Assembly (NCBI GenBank): GCA_965215105.1
Contig: OZ244051.1
Location: 2,113,653-2,177,652 of the forward strand
Source: Vicinamibacterales bacterium
GTDB taxonomy: Bacteria; Acidobacteriota; Vicinamibacteria; Vicinamibacterales; UBA8438
Reading direction: 5' to 3'
DNA length: 64,000 nucleotides
Positions 8,779-17,010 of the stretch are shown here, piece by piece (position 1 is the first letter of the stretch; each line of letters opens with the position of its first letter). Below the pieces are notes generated by a model that saw nothing but the letters and a program-made list of their open reading frames with translations, was not told the DNA's origin and searched no databases. Made by a program: the position numbers and the translations under genes.

Positions 8779-8920
8779 GGGGCTCACCCGGGGCGGGGGT
8801 CGGCCGCGGGCCATCGCGGCGAGACGGATGGGCTGTCCTTGAAGAAAGCCGTCCACGCCGCGAGAGTTCGATGGCCCGCCGGCAGTTTCGCGGCGGCGCC
8901 GTGCCGCATCGTCGGGTTCC

Positions 8921-9562
8921 CTACCGCCCTCGCTGCAGCAGGTTGCGGTGCACCACCGCGACGCCGTGCATGTAGCCGCCGAACCGGGCGAAGCGGGCGT
9001 CAGCGGCAAGGAAGATCTCTTCCCGCGCCGCCTCGTCGCGGCCCCACGCCTCGTGGTAGAGCCCGCGGTAGAGGTGGGCATAGAATCGCGCGCTCGCCTG
9101 CACGCCGGCCGCGGCCAGCACCTCCTCGGGCGACAACCGGCCGCGGAACATCTCGTAGATCTCGGGCATGGGGCGGCGCCGGTCGCGCCCCACCGGCAGC
9201 AGCGCCGCCCGCGCCGCTTCGGGCGATTCGCCGCGGGCGACGCACAGGAAGTGCCATGCGGCGTTCTCGACGTCGTTGGGGTTGACGATGCGGTGCTCCT
9301 CGAACTGCCGGCGGCAGTCGTCGTAGCGGCCGGCGTAGTAGAGGGCGATGCCCCGCTGCCAGAACTGCGGCGCCGCGTCGGGGCGCGCCCGCGCCACCTG
9401 GTCGAAGCCGGCCACCGACTCCTCGATGCGGCCGGCGAGGAAGTCGGCCTCGGCCTGGCGCATGATCTGGCCCGGCGTCTGGGCCTCGCCGGCGGCGGCG
9501 ACGGCCGCGAGCAGCAGGGCGGCCGTCCCGACGCGGGGCAATGACGCAATCATCTTCGACAT
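8921..9562 (-). CDS. Secreted TPR-like repeat protein (213 aa)
   Basis: The ATG at 9562 has GGAGTGA upstream. The N-terminal signal-like segment is MSKMIASLPRVGTAALLLAAVAAAGEAQ. The remainder is helical-repeat-like sequence (RGIALYYAGRYDDCRRQFEEH, FYAHLYRGLYHEAWG). Confidence 0.7.
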   Translation of the reverse strand: MSKMIASLPRVGTAALLLAAVAAAGEAQTPGQIMRQAEADFLAGRIEESVAGFDQVARARPDAAPQFWQRGIALYYAGRYDDCRRQFEEHRIVNPNDVENAAWHFLCVARGESPEAARAALLPVGRDRRRPMPEIYEMFRGRLSPEEVLAAAGVQASARFYAHLYRGLYHEAWGRDEAAREEIFLAADARFARFGGYMHGVAVVHRNLLQRGR

Positions 9563-9653
9563 GATCTCACTCCGTCAGACGCGTGCCCGCCTCGTTCAGC
9601 GGAGGGCCGACAATCCCAATCCCGACATGACGTTGCCGGCGCCCGCGACGACA

Positions 9654-9683
9654 TTGACCCGATGGCGAACAGAAACATATTCT
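9654..9683 (+). promoter_or_regulatory. Candidate sigma70-type promoter for vapBC (TTGACC, 18-nt spacer, TATTCT); implies a leaderless or near-leaderless vapB mRNA
   Basis: TTGACC lies at 9654..9659 and TATTCT at 9678..9683. Only 7 nt separate the -10 element from the vapB ATG at 9691, and no Shine-Dalgarno sequence is present. Confidence 0.3.
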
Positions 9684-9690
9684 AGCCGTC

Positions 9691-9942
9691 ATGAGCACGA
9701 CGGTGCATTTGCCGGCGGACCTGCTCGCGGCGGTGGACCGCGAGGCGCAAGCACGCAAGATGAGCCGGAACCGTTACATCATCAACGCCCTCGAGCGGGC
9801 GCTGGCGACCGAGACTGCCTGGAGCACCAGATTCGTCGAGGAGCTGGCGGCGGCGCGCGCCGATGCCGCGAGCGCGGCCCTGGAGGATCTGCGTGGCGCC
9901 GTCGCCGCGCGCAGGACGCGGAAGGGGCCGCCCGCGCTGTGA
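9691..9942 (+). CDS. vapB: Ribbon-helix-helix (CopG/VapB-type) antitoxin (83 aa)
   Basis: The sequence MSTTVHLPADLLAAVDREAQARKMSRNRYIINALERAL is a typical RHH fold signature. The stop codon overlaps the GTG start of the downstream PIN gene (GTGA at 9939..9942). Confidence 0.8.
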   Translation: MSTTVHLPADLLAAVDREAQARKMSRNRYIINALERALATETAWSTRFVEELAAARADAASAALEDLRGAVAARRTRKGPPAL

Positions 9943-10373
9943 CCTACGTGCTGGACACGAATACGTTGTCGTTCGCCCTCGCGGGCGACGCAACGGTCTG
10001 CGAACGAATGCTGGCGGAGTCGCGGACCGACGTCCGTTTGCCGCAGCCGGCGGCGGCGGAAATCGAGTACGGCCTCGCACGCCTGCCGGCGTCCAGAAGG
10101 CGTGACCGTCTGATCGAGCGCTTCCACGTGTTCCTCGCGGAGATACCCCGGATGGCGTGGACCGACGCGGTCAGCCGGGCATTCGGTGCGGCCAAGGCGG
10201 ACCTGGAACGCCGCGGCGTCCGGATCGAGGACTTCGATGTCGCCATCGCCGCCCACGCCCTCGCCAGCGACGCCACCCTGGTCACCGACAACGTCGACCA
10301 CATGCGCCGCATTCCCGGTCTTCGCATCGAGAATTGGCGCACGCGCAATCCCGGTGGGGGCCGACCGCGATAG
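9939..10373 (+). CDS. vapC: PIN-domain ribonuclease toxin VapC (144 aa)
   Basis: I trimmed track ORF 9348..10373 to GTG 9939. VTYVLDTNTL, AAEIEYG, EDFDVAIAAHA and LVTDNVDH supply the conserved acidic PIN residues. The start overlaps vapB by 4 nt. Confidence 0.85.
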   Translation: MTYVLDTNTLSFALAGDATVCERMLAESRTDVRLPQPAAAEIEYGLARLPASRRRDRLIERFHVFLAEIPRMAWTDAVSRAFGAAKADLERRGVRIEDFDVAIAAHALASDATLVTDNVDHMRRIPGLRIENWRTRNPGGGRPR

Positions 10374-10425
10374 CGACGAGCCGGTCGACCGTTCACCCTC
10401 GCGGCCACCACCGGCCCAGTCCAGT

Positions 10426-10470
10426 CCTTCCAGGAGTCCGCGCCGTGCTACGGCTCGCAATCTCAAGGGG
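10426..10470. repeat. Degenerate copy of the REP-like palindromic element
   Basis: The sequence CCTTCCAGGAGTCCGCGCCGTGCTACGGCTCGCAATCTCAAGGGG matches the left arm and loop of the consensus CCAGGAGTCCGCGCCGTTCTACGGCGCAGACTCCTGG. It is intergenic, between vapC and the cytochrome gene. Confidence 0.45.
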
Positions 10471-10578
10471 GCCATGACGGTGCACCCCGAGGTCGAACGT
10501 CGATGGCGCAGTCCGGGCGGTGGACAGTCCGTGAGCGGGCGCGGGGGGTGCGAGCACTTGGCCATATAATCCCTTGCG

Positions 10579-12584
10579 ATGCCTCGGTCCCCCCGCCCCG
10601 GGCCCGCGTCGGTGCCCGCACCTTCGGCGGAAGCTCCCTCTCGGCGGTCACGTTCCGGGTCATCGCTCCGCTACGTCCCCGCAATCCTGATCCTCTCCAC
10701 GTCGACCGGCCTCGGACTCGCCCTGGCCCTCACCCCCGACCGGCCGATCCCCGAATCCGAGGTGGTGGACCGCCCCGTCGAGGTGACCGCCGACGGCTAC
10801 GTGTCGTCGGACACCTGCCGGGCCTGCCACCCGTCGGAGTACGAGAGCTGGCACGGCTCGTACCACCGGACGATGACTCAGGTCGCCACCCCCGAGACCG
10901 TCAGCGCCGAGTTCGACGGGGTGCGGGTCGACGCGGTACACGGCAGCCCGATGCAGCTCGAGCGCCGGGGCGACGGGCTGTGGGCGGAGTTCGACGACCC
11001 CGGCTGGGAGGGGCCGGACGCCGAGCGCCCCCGCATCCGGCGGCGGGTGGTCATGATGACGGGGTCGCACCACCAGAACGTCTACTGGTACGCCACCGGG
11101 CACGACCGCGGGCTGAACGTGCTGCCGGGGGCGTATCTGCTCGACGATGAGAAGTGGGTGCCGCGCAGCTCGCTCGTCCTGCACCCCCCGGGGCAGTCGC
11201 TGGCCATGCTCGACGGCCACTGGAACGCGGTGTGCATCGTCTGCCACACCACCCTGGGCCGCACCGCCTTCGACACCCCCTACCGCTCCGTGCCCTTCGC
11301 CGAGCAGGCCGTCGACACCACCGTGGCGGAGTTCGGCATCGCCTGCGAGTCGTGCCACGGCCCCGCCGAGGCCCACGTCGAGGCCAACCGCAACCCCCTG
11401 CGCCGCTACGCGAGCCATCTCGCGGGAGACGGCGACCCCACCATCGTCCAGCCGGCCACCCTCCATCCGGCGCGGTCGTCGCAGGTCTGCGGGCAGTGCC
11501 ACAGCGTGTGGGAGTACTACGACCCCGAGGACGAGCGGCGGGCGAGCCGCGAGGGGCTCCCCTACCGCCCCGGCGACGAGCTGCGAGACACGCGGTTCAT
11601 CGTCCAGCCCGCGGCCGACCGCACCTCGACAGACATCCGGGCGCTGGTCGCCGCCGACCCCGACTTCGTCCGCGGGTCGTTCTGGCCGGACGGCACCATC
11701 CGGGTCTCGGCCGCGAGTACAACGGGCTGCTCGACTCGCCCTGCTTCCGCGACGCGGAGACCCCGGAACGCACCCTGAGCTGCTTCTCGTGCCACGCCAT
11801 GCACAAGACCGCCGACGACCCGCGGACCGTCGCCGAGTGGGCCGACACCCACCAGGTGTCGGCGGGCATGGACGGCGACGAGGCGTGCCTGCAGTGCCAC
11901 GAGCCGCTGCGCGCGGACCCCGCCGCCCACACCCGCCACGCCCCGGAGTCGGCGGGCAGCCGGTGCTACAACTGCCACATGCCGTACACGAGCTACGGGC
12001 TGCTGAAGGCGATACGCAGCCATACGGTGGGAAGCCCGTCGGCGGCGGAGACGGTGCAGGTGGGGCGGCCCAACGCCTGCAACCTGTGCCACCTCGACAA
12101 GACCCTGGCGTGGACCGCGGAAGCGCTCGACGAGTGGTACGACATGCCGGTCCCCCCGATGGGGAACGGCGACCGCACGGTGGCGGCGGGGCTGCGCTGG
12201 ATGCTGGCCGGGGACGCGGGCCTCCGGGCCCTCACCGCCTGGAGCATGGGCTGGGGACCGGCCCAGGAGGCGTCGGGGACGACCTGGATGGTGCCCCACC
12301 TCGGCGAGGCCCTCGGCGACCCCTACGACGCGGTGCGGTTCATCGCCGCCCGCTCGCTGCGCAGCCTGCCCGGCTACGCCAACCTCGACTACGACTTCGT
12401 CGGTCCCCGGCAGGCGCGCGTCGACGCCGCGGTGCGGGTGCTCCGGGAATGGCGCGCCTCGCCGGCCGCGCGCCTGCGGCGCGAGCCGGAGCTGCTCGTC
12501 GACCCGAGCGGCGAGCTGCGCCTCGACGCGATGCGGCGGCTCTTCGACGCCCGCGACCGGCGGCCCCTCTTCCTTCGAGAGTAG
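10579..12584 (+). pseudogene. Octaheme c-type cytochrome with C-terminal HEAT-like region; frame interrupted by a 1-nt indel near 11709 (true pseudogene or assembly error)
   Basis: Track ORFs 10579..11778 and 11154..12584 are two halves of one protein. Frame 1 reads ...SFWPDGTIRVS up to 11709 and frame 0 continues GREYNGLLDSPCF from 11709. There are eight CXXCH motifs: CRACH, CIVCH, CESCH, CGQCH, CFSCH, CLQCH, CYNCH and CNLCH. An N-terminal membrane anchor or signal sequence is present. Confidence 0.8.
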
Positions 12585-13045
12585 TGGCTCAGCGACCCCG
12601 CCCCGACGTCGACTATCCGGTCCGACACCTCCGCTTCGGCTGGTGGTCGCTCCTCGTCTTTCTCTCCGTCGGCTTCGTGCTGGAGCTGCTGCACGGGTTC
12701 AAGGCGGGCTTCTACCTGGACGTCACGAACGAGACCCGCCGGCTCATGTGGACCCTCGCCCATGCCCACGGCGCCCTGCTGGGTCTCGTCCACGTCGCCT
12801 GGGCGCTCTGCCTGCGCGCGTTCCTGGAGCTCGAGGACGGGAACCGGCGGATGGTGTCGCGGTGCCTGATGGGGGCGAGCGTGCTGCTGCCGGGCGGGTT
12901 CTTCGCGGGCGGCGTCCAGCTCTACGGGGGAGATCCGGGGCTGGGCATCATCGTGGTGCCGGCGGGAGCGGCGTGCCTGGCGACCGCCGTGTTCCTGACC
13001 GCGCGCGCCACCAGGACGAGCCGGAAGCAGCGGAGCGGCGACTGA
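12584..13045 (+). CDS. Small integral membrane protein (about 153 aa, ~4 TM segments, conserved His residues)
   Basis: This is the C-terminal part of track ORF 11147..13045. GTG 12584 overlaps the cytochrome TAG by 1 nt. Hydrophobic segments include WWSLLVFLSVGFVLELLHGF, LAHAHGALLGLVHVAWALCL, LMGASVLLPGGFFAGGV and GIIVVPAGAACLATAVFL. The start codon is uncertain. Confidence 0.55.
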   Translation: MAQRPRPDVDYPVRHLRFGWWSLLVFLSVGFVLELLHGFKAGFYLDVTNETRRLMWTLAHAHGALLGLVHVAWALCLRAFLELEDGNRRMVSRCLMGASVLLPGGFFAGGVQLYGGDPGLGIIVVPAGAACLATAVFLTARATRTSRKQRSGD

Positions 13046-13082
13046 GCCGCCCCGCCGCGAGAGCGCCGTTCCACGGCACCGA

Positions 13083-14075
13083 CTACTGCTCGGCCGCGGT
13101 CACCGTGATCTCGACTTCGGCGTGCGAGATCAGCATCGCGTCGCTGACGAAGGCGCGCAGCATGTAGTCGCCCGGCTCCTCGAAGGTGACGGTGGTCTCG
13201 AGCGTGCCCGACGTCCAGCCGTCGCCTTCCATGCCCTCCTCCCATTCCTGGTACCCGTAGGGCTCGAACCCGGCGTCGGCGGGTCCGCGGTACACGGCCC
13301 ACAGCACCGAGATGTGGTTCCGGGTCGGGGTCGGGCGGGTATAGCTCGGGATGTTGTCGGGAATCCGCGGCGCGCCGGGCGGCGGCACCAGCGTCGGGTC
13401 GCGGCGGCGCCGCGGAATGCTGTCGTCCCGCTCGGCGACCGGCGTCGGCAGGTCGTCGTCGGTAACCCGGGCGGTGAGGGTCACCGGGCTCCCCACCGCG
13501 ATCGTGTCGTGGCTCGCCTCGACGCTGGCCACCGGGTAGAGGTTCGTGTACAGCTCGTCCACGCCACGCCCGAACTGCGTCCGGGCGTTCGACGTGATCG
13601 TGTTCACGTCGATCTCCCACTCGGGCTGCAGCCACCCGTAGGCCCGCTGGGTGCTCCCCTGCCGGGTCACCTCCCAGATCAGCTCGGCGTCGCGGGGGAA
13701 GTCCGCGGGCACGTGCACGTCGAACTGGTAGCGGTTGGTGCGGGGATAGAAGTAGGTGGGCTGGCCGCGGTCGGGCTCGCCCGGCGAGAAGAAGTTGTCC
13801 GCGCCCACCGGCACGTTCGGCCGCTCGCGGTAGTTGCGGTTCAGGTAGCCGTAGTGGAACTGGTAGCTCCCGTCCTCGTTGCGGGTCCACCCCTCGAAGA
13901 TGGGCTGGATGTCCTGTCCCGAGTCGAAGCGCTGCTGGGGCTGGGCCACGATGGGCACGTCCCGGCGGCTGACCTGCGCCGTCGCGCTCGCGGCCGCGGA
14001 CAGCACCAGTACCGCCCCCAACCCAACGGCGAGCCACCGTCGCACGGCTCGTCGACCTAGAAGCTGCATGCTCAC
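13083..14075 (-). CDS. Secreted hypothetical protein (330 aa)
   Basis: A signal peptide (MSMQLLGRRAVRRWLAVGLGAVLVLSAAASATAQ) is followed by non-repetitive, aromatic-rich sequence (FEGWTRNEDGSYQFHYGYLNRNYRERPNVP). The start is GTG 14075 or ATG 14069. Confidence 0.7.
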   Translation of the reverse strand: MSMQLLGRRAVRRWLAVGLGAVLVLSAAASATAQVSRRDVPIVAQPQQRFDSGQDIQPIFEGWTRNEDGSYQFHYGYLNRNYRERPNVPVGADNFFSPGEPDRGQPTYFYPRTNRYQFDVHVPADFPRDAELIWEVTRQGSTQRAYGWLQPEWEIDVNTITSNARTQFGRGVDELYTNLYPVASVEASHDTIAVGSPVTLTARVTDDDLPTPVAERDDSIPRRRRDPTLVPPPGAPRIPDNIPSYTRPTPTRNHISVLWAVYRGPADAGFEPYGYQEWEEGMEGDGWTSGTLETTVTFEEPGDYMLRAFVSDAMLISHAEVEITVTAAEQ

Positions 14076-14097
14076 TTTCCGTTCCCTTCTGCTGCTG

Positions 14098-14139
14098 AAA
14101 AAAACCCTCTGCGGGAGCCGCGGCGGCCCCCGCAGAGGG
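14098..14139 (-). terminator. Intrinsic terminator after the cytochrome c/His-pair gene
   Basis: On the minus strand, the arms CCCTCTGCGGG and CCCGCAGAGGG (14105..14115 pairing with 14129..14139) form an 11-bp stem. It is followed by a run of 7 T (plus-strand A7 at 14098..14104), 117 nt after the stop at 14256. Confidence 0.7.
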
Positions 14140-14255
14140 CATGGGTCTGGCCCGAAATCGTCGCCTGCGGCTACGCTCGCCGCCCGACCGAGTCTCCCCG
14201 GGCGTCCGCGCCTTCCACGACGCAGACGCCCGGCTGAACGCGAAACCGGTCGCCG

Positions 14256-15518
14256 CTAGTCGTTGTCGGCGTTCCTGGCCTCGAGCTCGGCCGCGTACTC
14301 CTCTTCGCTGAGATCATGCCAACTGATCCACGCGAAGGCCATCTCGTCGACGGTGCGGCTGCCCCCGCCGGTCCAGTTCTTCGGGTCGTGGTTGCCGCGG
14401 TTCGCCTGCGTGTTGTCGTGATAGCTGATCACGTGCAGGGTCGTGCCCGCGGGGTACACCGGCTGCGCAGCGTCCTCGTAGTTGTAGACGATGTGCCAGT
14501 TGAAGTCGAAGTTGGCGCAACTGACCATCTCCGTCGACCCGTTCGGGTAGATGAGCTCCAGGCACTGCCGGGTCCCCAGGAAGTGCATGTGGGGCTGGAA
14601 GCCGGTCAGCTTGCCGGGCAGGTACATCTTCTGGTAGCCGTCGTGGCGGGTCACCTGACCGGCCGGGATGTCGAGCTCGCCGGCCTGGCCGAGCTGCCGC
14701 GAGTAGAGGATGTGCTCGGGCTCGTAGTCCTCGGGATAGAGCACGAAGCCCAGATCCGTCTGGTCGGTCACTTCCTCGCCCACCGAGTGGTAGTGGAAGC
14801 TGAAGCGCACGCGCGCGTCGCCGGGGAAGAGCCGGCCCGTCCCGTCGGGATACACGTCGGCGTTCTTGCCGACCGCGTACTCGTTCAGGAACGCGTCCTC
14901 CGAGCTGTCGTTGAGCAGGGCGTCGGGATCGGTCACCGCGTAGGTCAGCGCGTGGTGCACCACCCGCAGGTCGCCGGCCCGGGTCTGGATGGCCTTGATG
15001 TAGCGGTCCTCGGGAATGCCGGACGGGACGATGTAGTCGCCCCACCAGTCGCCCGCCTCGGACGGCACGGTGTGCGGCGGCGAGGTCACGATGACGTCGG
15101 GCTCGATGGTCCAGGCCCCGAACTCCTGGAACTCGACCGGGGCCGGCGCGTCCTCGGGATTGCCCCGCGGTGCCCCGTTCTGCACCCAGTTGCCGACGGT
15201 CAGGATCTCGTCGTCGCTCAGCGACTTGTCGTCCTTGAAGCTCTGCACGCCGACCTTGGGGTCGATGTGCCACGGGGGCATCTCGCGCGCCTCGACCTTG
15301 GCGCGGATGGACCGGGCCCACGGCCGGGTCTCCTGGTAGGTCATCAGCGACATCGGGGCCATGTTGTTCGGCCGGTGGCACACCTGGCAGGAACGCTGCA
15401 GGATGGGCTCGATGTCCTTGTGGAACGTCGGGTTCTCCGGCGCCTCGGCCGCGGCCAGGGCCGGGACCGTCAGCGCTGCTGCCGCCAGACAGCCGAGCAC
15501 GAATCTGGCGCTTCTCAT
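14256..15518 (-). CDS. Secreted cytochrome c domain protein with a C-terminal His-pair-rich beta-sandwich-like domain (420 aa)
   Basis: I trimmed track ORF 14256..16823 to ATG 15518, which has GGAGGTGAAGGGA upstream. The signal peptide is [26 protein letters not shown]. There is one CXXCH motif (CQVCH) followed by MPPWH. Later His motifs [17 protein letters not shown] and FQPHMHFLG are reminiscent of copper monooxygenase-type sites, but that family assignment is uncertain. Confidence 0.8.
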   Translation of the reverse strand: MRSARFVLGCLAAAALTVPALAAAEAPENPTFHKDIEPILQRSCQVCHRPNNMAPMSLMTYQETRPWARSIRAKVEAREMPPWHIDPKVGVQSFKDDKSLSDDEILTVGNWVQNGAPRGNPEDAPAPVEFQEFGAWTIEPDVIVTSPPHTVPSEAGDWWGDYIVPSGIPEDRYIKAIQTRAGDLRVVHHALTYAVTDPDALLNDSSEDAFLNEYAVGKNADVYPDGTGRLFPGDARVRFSFHYHSVGEEVTDQTDLGFVLYPEDYEPEHILYSRQLGQAGELDIPAGQVTRHDGYQKMYLPGKLTGFQPHMHFLGTRQCLELIYPNGSTEMVSCANFDFNWHIVYNYEDAAQPVYPAGTTLHVISYHDNTQANRGNHDPKNWTGGGSRTVDEMAFAWISWHDLSEEEYAAELEARNADND

Positions 15519-15737
15519 TCCCTTCACCTCCATGAGTCCCGAATCGCCGAGCGGGCGGACGCACGGGTCGCCCGAATTGTCGACCACGTATCGAGGCAGT
15601 TTAGCGATCCGAACGCCGGCTGTCCACCAGAAATTCCCGCCGCGGACACCCTCGGAGGGGCCTCCCGGCGCGGCCGACCGGCGGCCGAGGCGAGGTTCCC
15701 GGCAGCAAGTGGAACGAGGCCAGCGGGGAAGCACGAT

Positions 15738-15825
15738 CTGCGGACACGACGCCCCGGTGAGCGTCCGGGCCAGGTACATCGCGACCCGGCGCGACAACAC
15801 GATGGTCCGCGAGTCGTTTCGCGCC
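15738..15825 (-). pseudogene. Possible relic of a DnaA-domain-IV-like HTH gene (the type fused to REP-associated Y1 transposases)
   Basis: In the 417-nt divergent intergenic region the minus strand reads [26 protein letters not shown]. This aligns with the E. coli DnaA domain IV segment [26 protein letters not shown]. The expected continuation (G..FGGRDHTTV) is absent, so at best this is a decayed fragment. Confidence 0.25.
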
Positions 15826-15935
15826 TCCACGCGACCCGCACGCGGCGCCGCGCAGCTCACGGGCGCCGCCCGGCCCGCCCGGGAATCCCCCGGCTTCGGC
15901 CCGGCTGCGCCAGCGGGGCTGCTAGGATCGAGAGG

Positions 15936-16817
15936 ATGACTTCGGACACCGCGCCGCGGAAGCAGACCGTCGGGGTGCTCGGCAAGCGCATGGCCTACGT
16001 CGAGACGGGCCGGGGCGACCCCGTCGTCTTCCTGCACGGCAACCCGACCTCGTCGTATCTCTGGCGCAACGTCATGCCCCACGCGGCGCCGCTGGGGCGC
16101 TGCATCGCCCTCGACCTGATCGGCATGGGCGACTCCGACAAGCTGGACGACCCGGGGCCGGGGCGGTACCGCTTCGTCGAGCACCGCGAGTTCCTCGACG
16201 CCGCCCTCGCCGCCCTCGGCGTCGCGTCGAACGTGGTCTGGGTGGTCCACGACTGGGGGTCCGCCCTCGGGTTCGACTGGGCGAACCGCCACCGGGGCGC
16301 GACCCGCGGCATCGCCTACATGGAGGCGCTGGTCCGTCCGGTGACGTGGGCGGAGTGGCCGGAGGCGGCGCGGCGCGTCTTCCAGGGGTTGCGCTCGGAG
16401 GCCGGCGAGGGGATGGTGCTCGAGAACAACGTCTTCGTCGAGCGGATCCTCCCCGGCTCCATCCTGCGGCGGCTCACCGAGGCGGAGATGGCCGTCTACC
16501 GGGCCCCCTACGCCGAGCCCGGCGAGTCGCGGCGCCCCACCCTGACCTGGCCCCGCGAGATCCCCCTCGATGGCGAGCCCCCCGACGTGACCGCCATCGT
16601 CCGGGACTACGCCGAGTGGATGGCCGCGAACGACCTCCCCAAGCTGTTCGTCAATGCCGATCCGGGAGCGATCCTGACGGGAGCGCAACGCGAGTTCTGC
16701 CGCGGCTGGAGGAACCAGCAGGAGGTGACGGTGGGCGGGCGGCACTTCATCCAGGAGGACTCGCCCGACGAGATCGGACGGGCCGTGGCCGCCTTCGTGC
16801 GGCGGCTCGGCGGATGA
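15936..16817 (+). CDS. Haloalkane dehalogenase (HLD-II type alpha/beta hydrolase, 293 aa)
   Basis: I trimmed track ORF 14316..16817 to ATG 15936, which has GAGAGG upstream. Motifs include [14 protein letters not shown], the VHDWGSALG nucleophile elbow and [14 protein letters not shown] with the catalytic His. Overall similarity is to the DhaA/LinB/DmbA family. Confidence 0.9.
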   Translation: MTSDTAPRKQTVGVLGKRMAYVETGRGDPVVFLHGNPTSSYLWRNVMPHAAPLGRCIALDLIGMGDSDKLDDPGPGRYRFVEHREFLDAALAALGVASNVVWVVHDWGSALGFDWANRHRGATRGIAYMEALVRPVTWAEWPEAARRVFQGLRSEAGEGMVLENNVFVERILPGSILRRLTEAEMAVYRAPYAEPGESRRPTLTWPREIPLDGEPPDVTAIVRDYAEWMAANDLPKLFVNADPGAILTGAQREFCRGWRNQQEVTVGGRHFIQEDSPDEIGRAVAAFVRRLGG

Positions 16818-17010
16818 CGGCATGCCGGGGCCGCAAGTCCGGCAACTGCACGCGCGCCGTCACGGGGCGCTCTTCAACGAGCACCTCGCCAACCACCTCG
16901 AAGTGCTCCCCTGAACGGCGCCGAGAGAGAGTCCGGTCGGGACCCGCGGCGGCGCCCCGCGCCGCCGACGCGTTGCCGGCCCGGCTTGCCGGAACGCTCG
17001 CCGAAGGCCT

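Noticed and set aside
549-9285. Very long plus-strand ORFs opposite the operon (549..2873, 3087..4361, 3874..5106, 5134..7404, 7660..9285)
   Set aside because: Their translations are Arg/Pro/Ala/Gly-dominated low-complexity strings with no recognisable motifs. They lie antisense to genes with clear family signatures. They are shadow ORFs produced by the scarcity of stop codons in ~70% GC DNA.
8779-9549. A 257-codon N-terminal extension of the kinase-helicase ORF as given in the track (start at 9549)
   Set aside because: The extension is Pro/Arg/Ser-rich with no domain features. It overlaps the well-supported TPR-like gene 8921..9562 in a different frame. The kinase domain begins right after the internal ATG at 8778.
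11700-11715. Programmed ribosomal frameshift in the octaheme cytochrome gene
   Set aside because: I found no slippery X-XXY-YYZ heptamer at the shift site and saw no obvious downstream stimulatory structure. A simple 1-nt indel explains the pattern.
15361-15939. ORFs inside the 417-nt divergent intergenic region (15361..15939 plus strand, 15524..15841 minus strand) as regulators
   Set aside because: They have no ribosome-binding sites and low-complexity translations. The only protein-like stretch is the short DnaA-domain-IV-like fragment, which I report separately as a probable relic.
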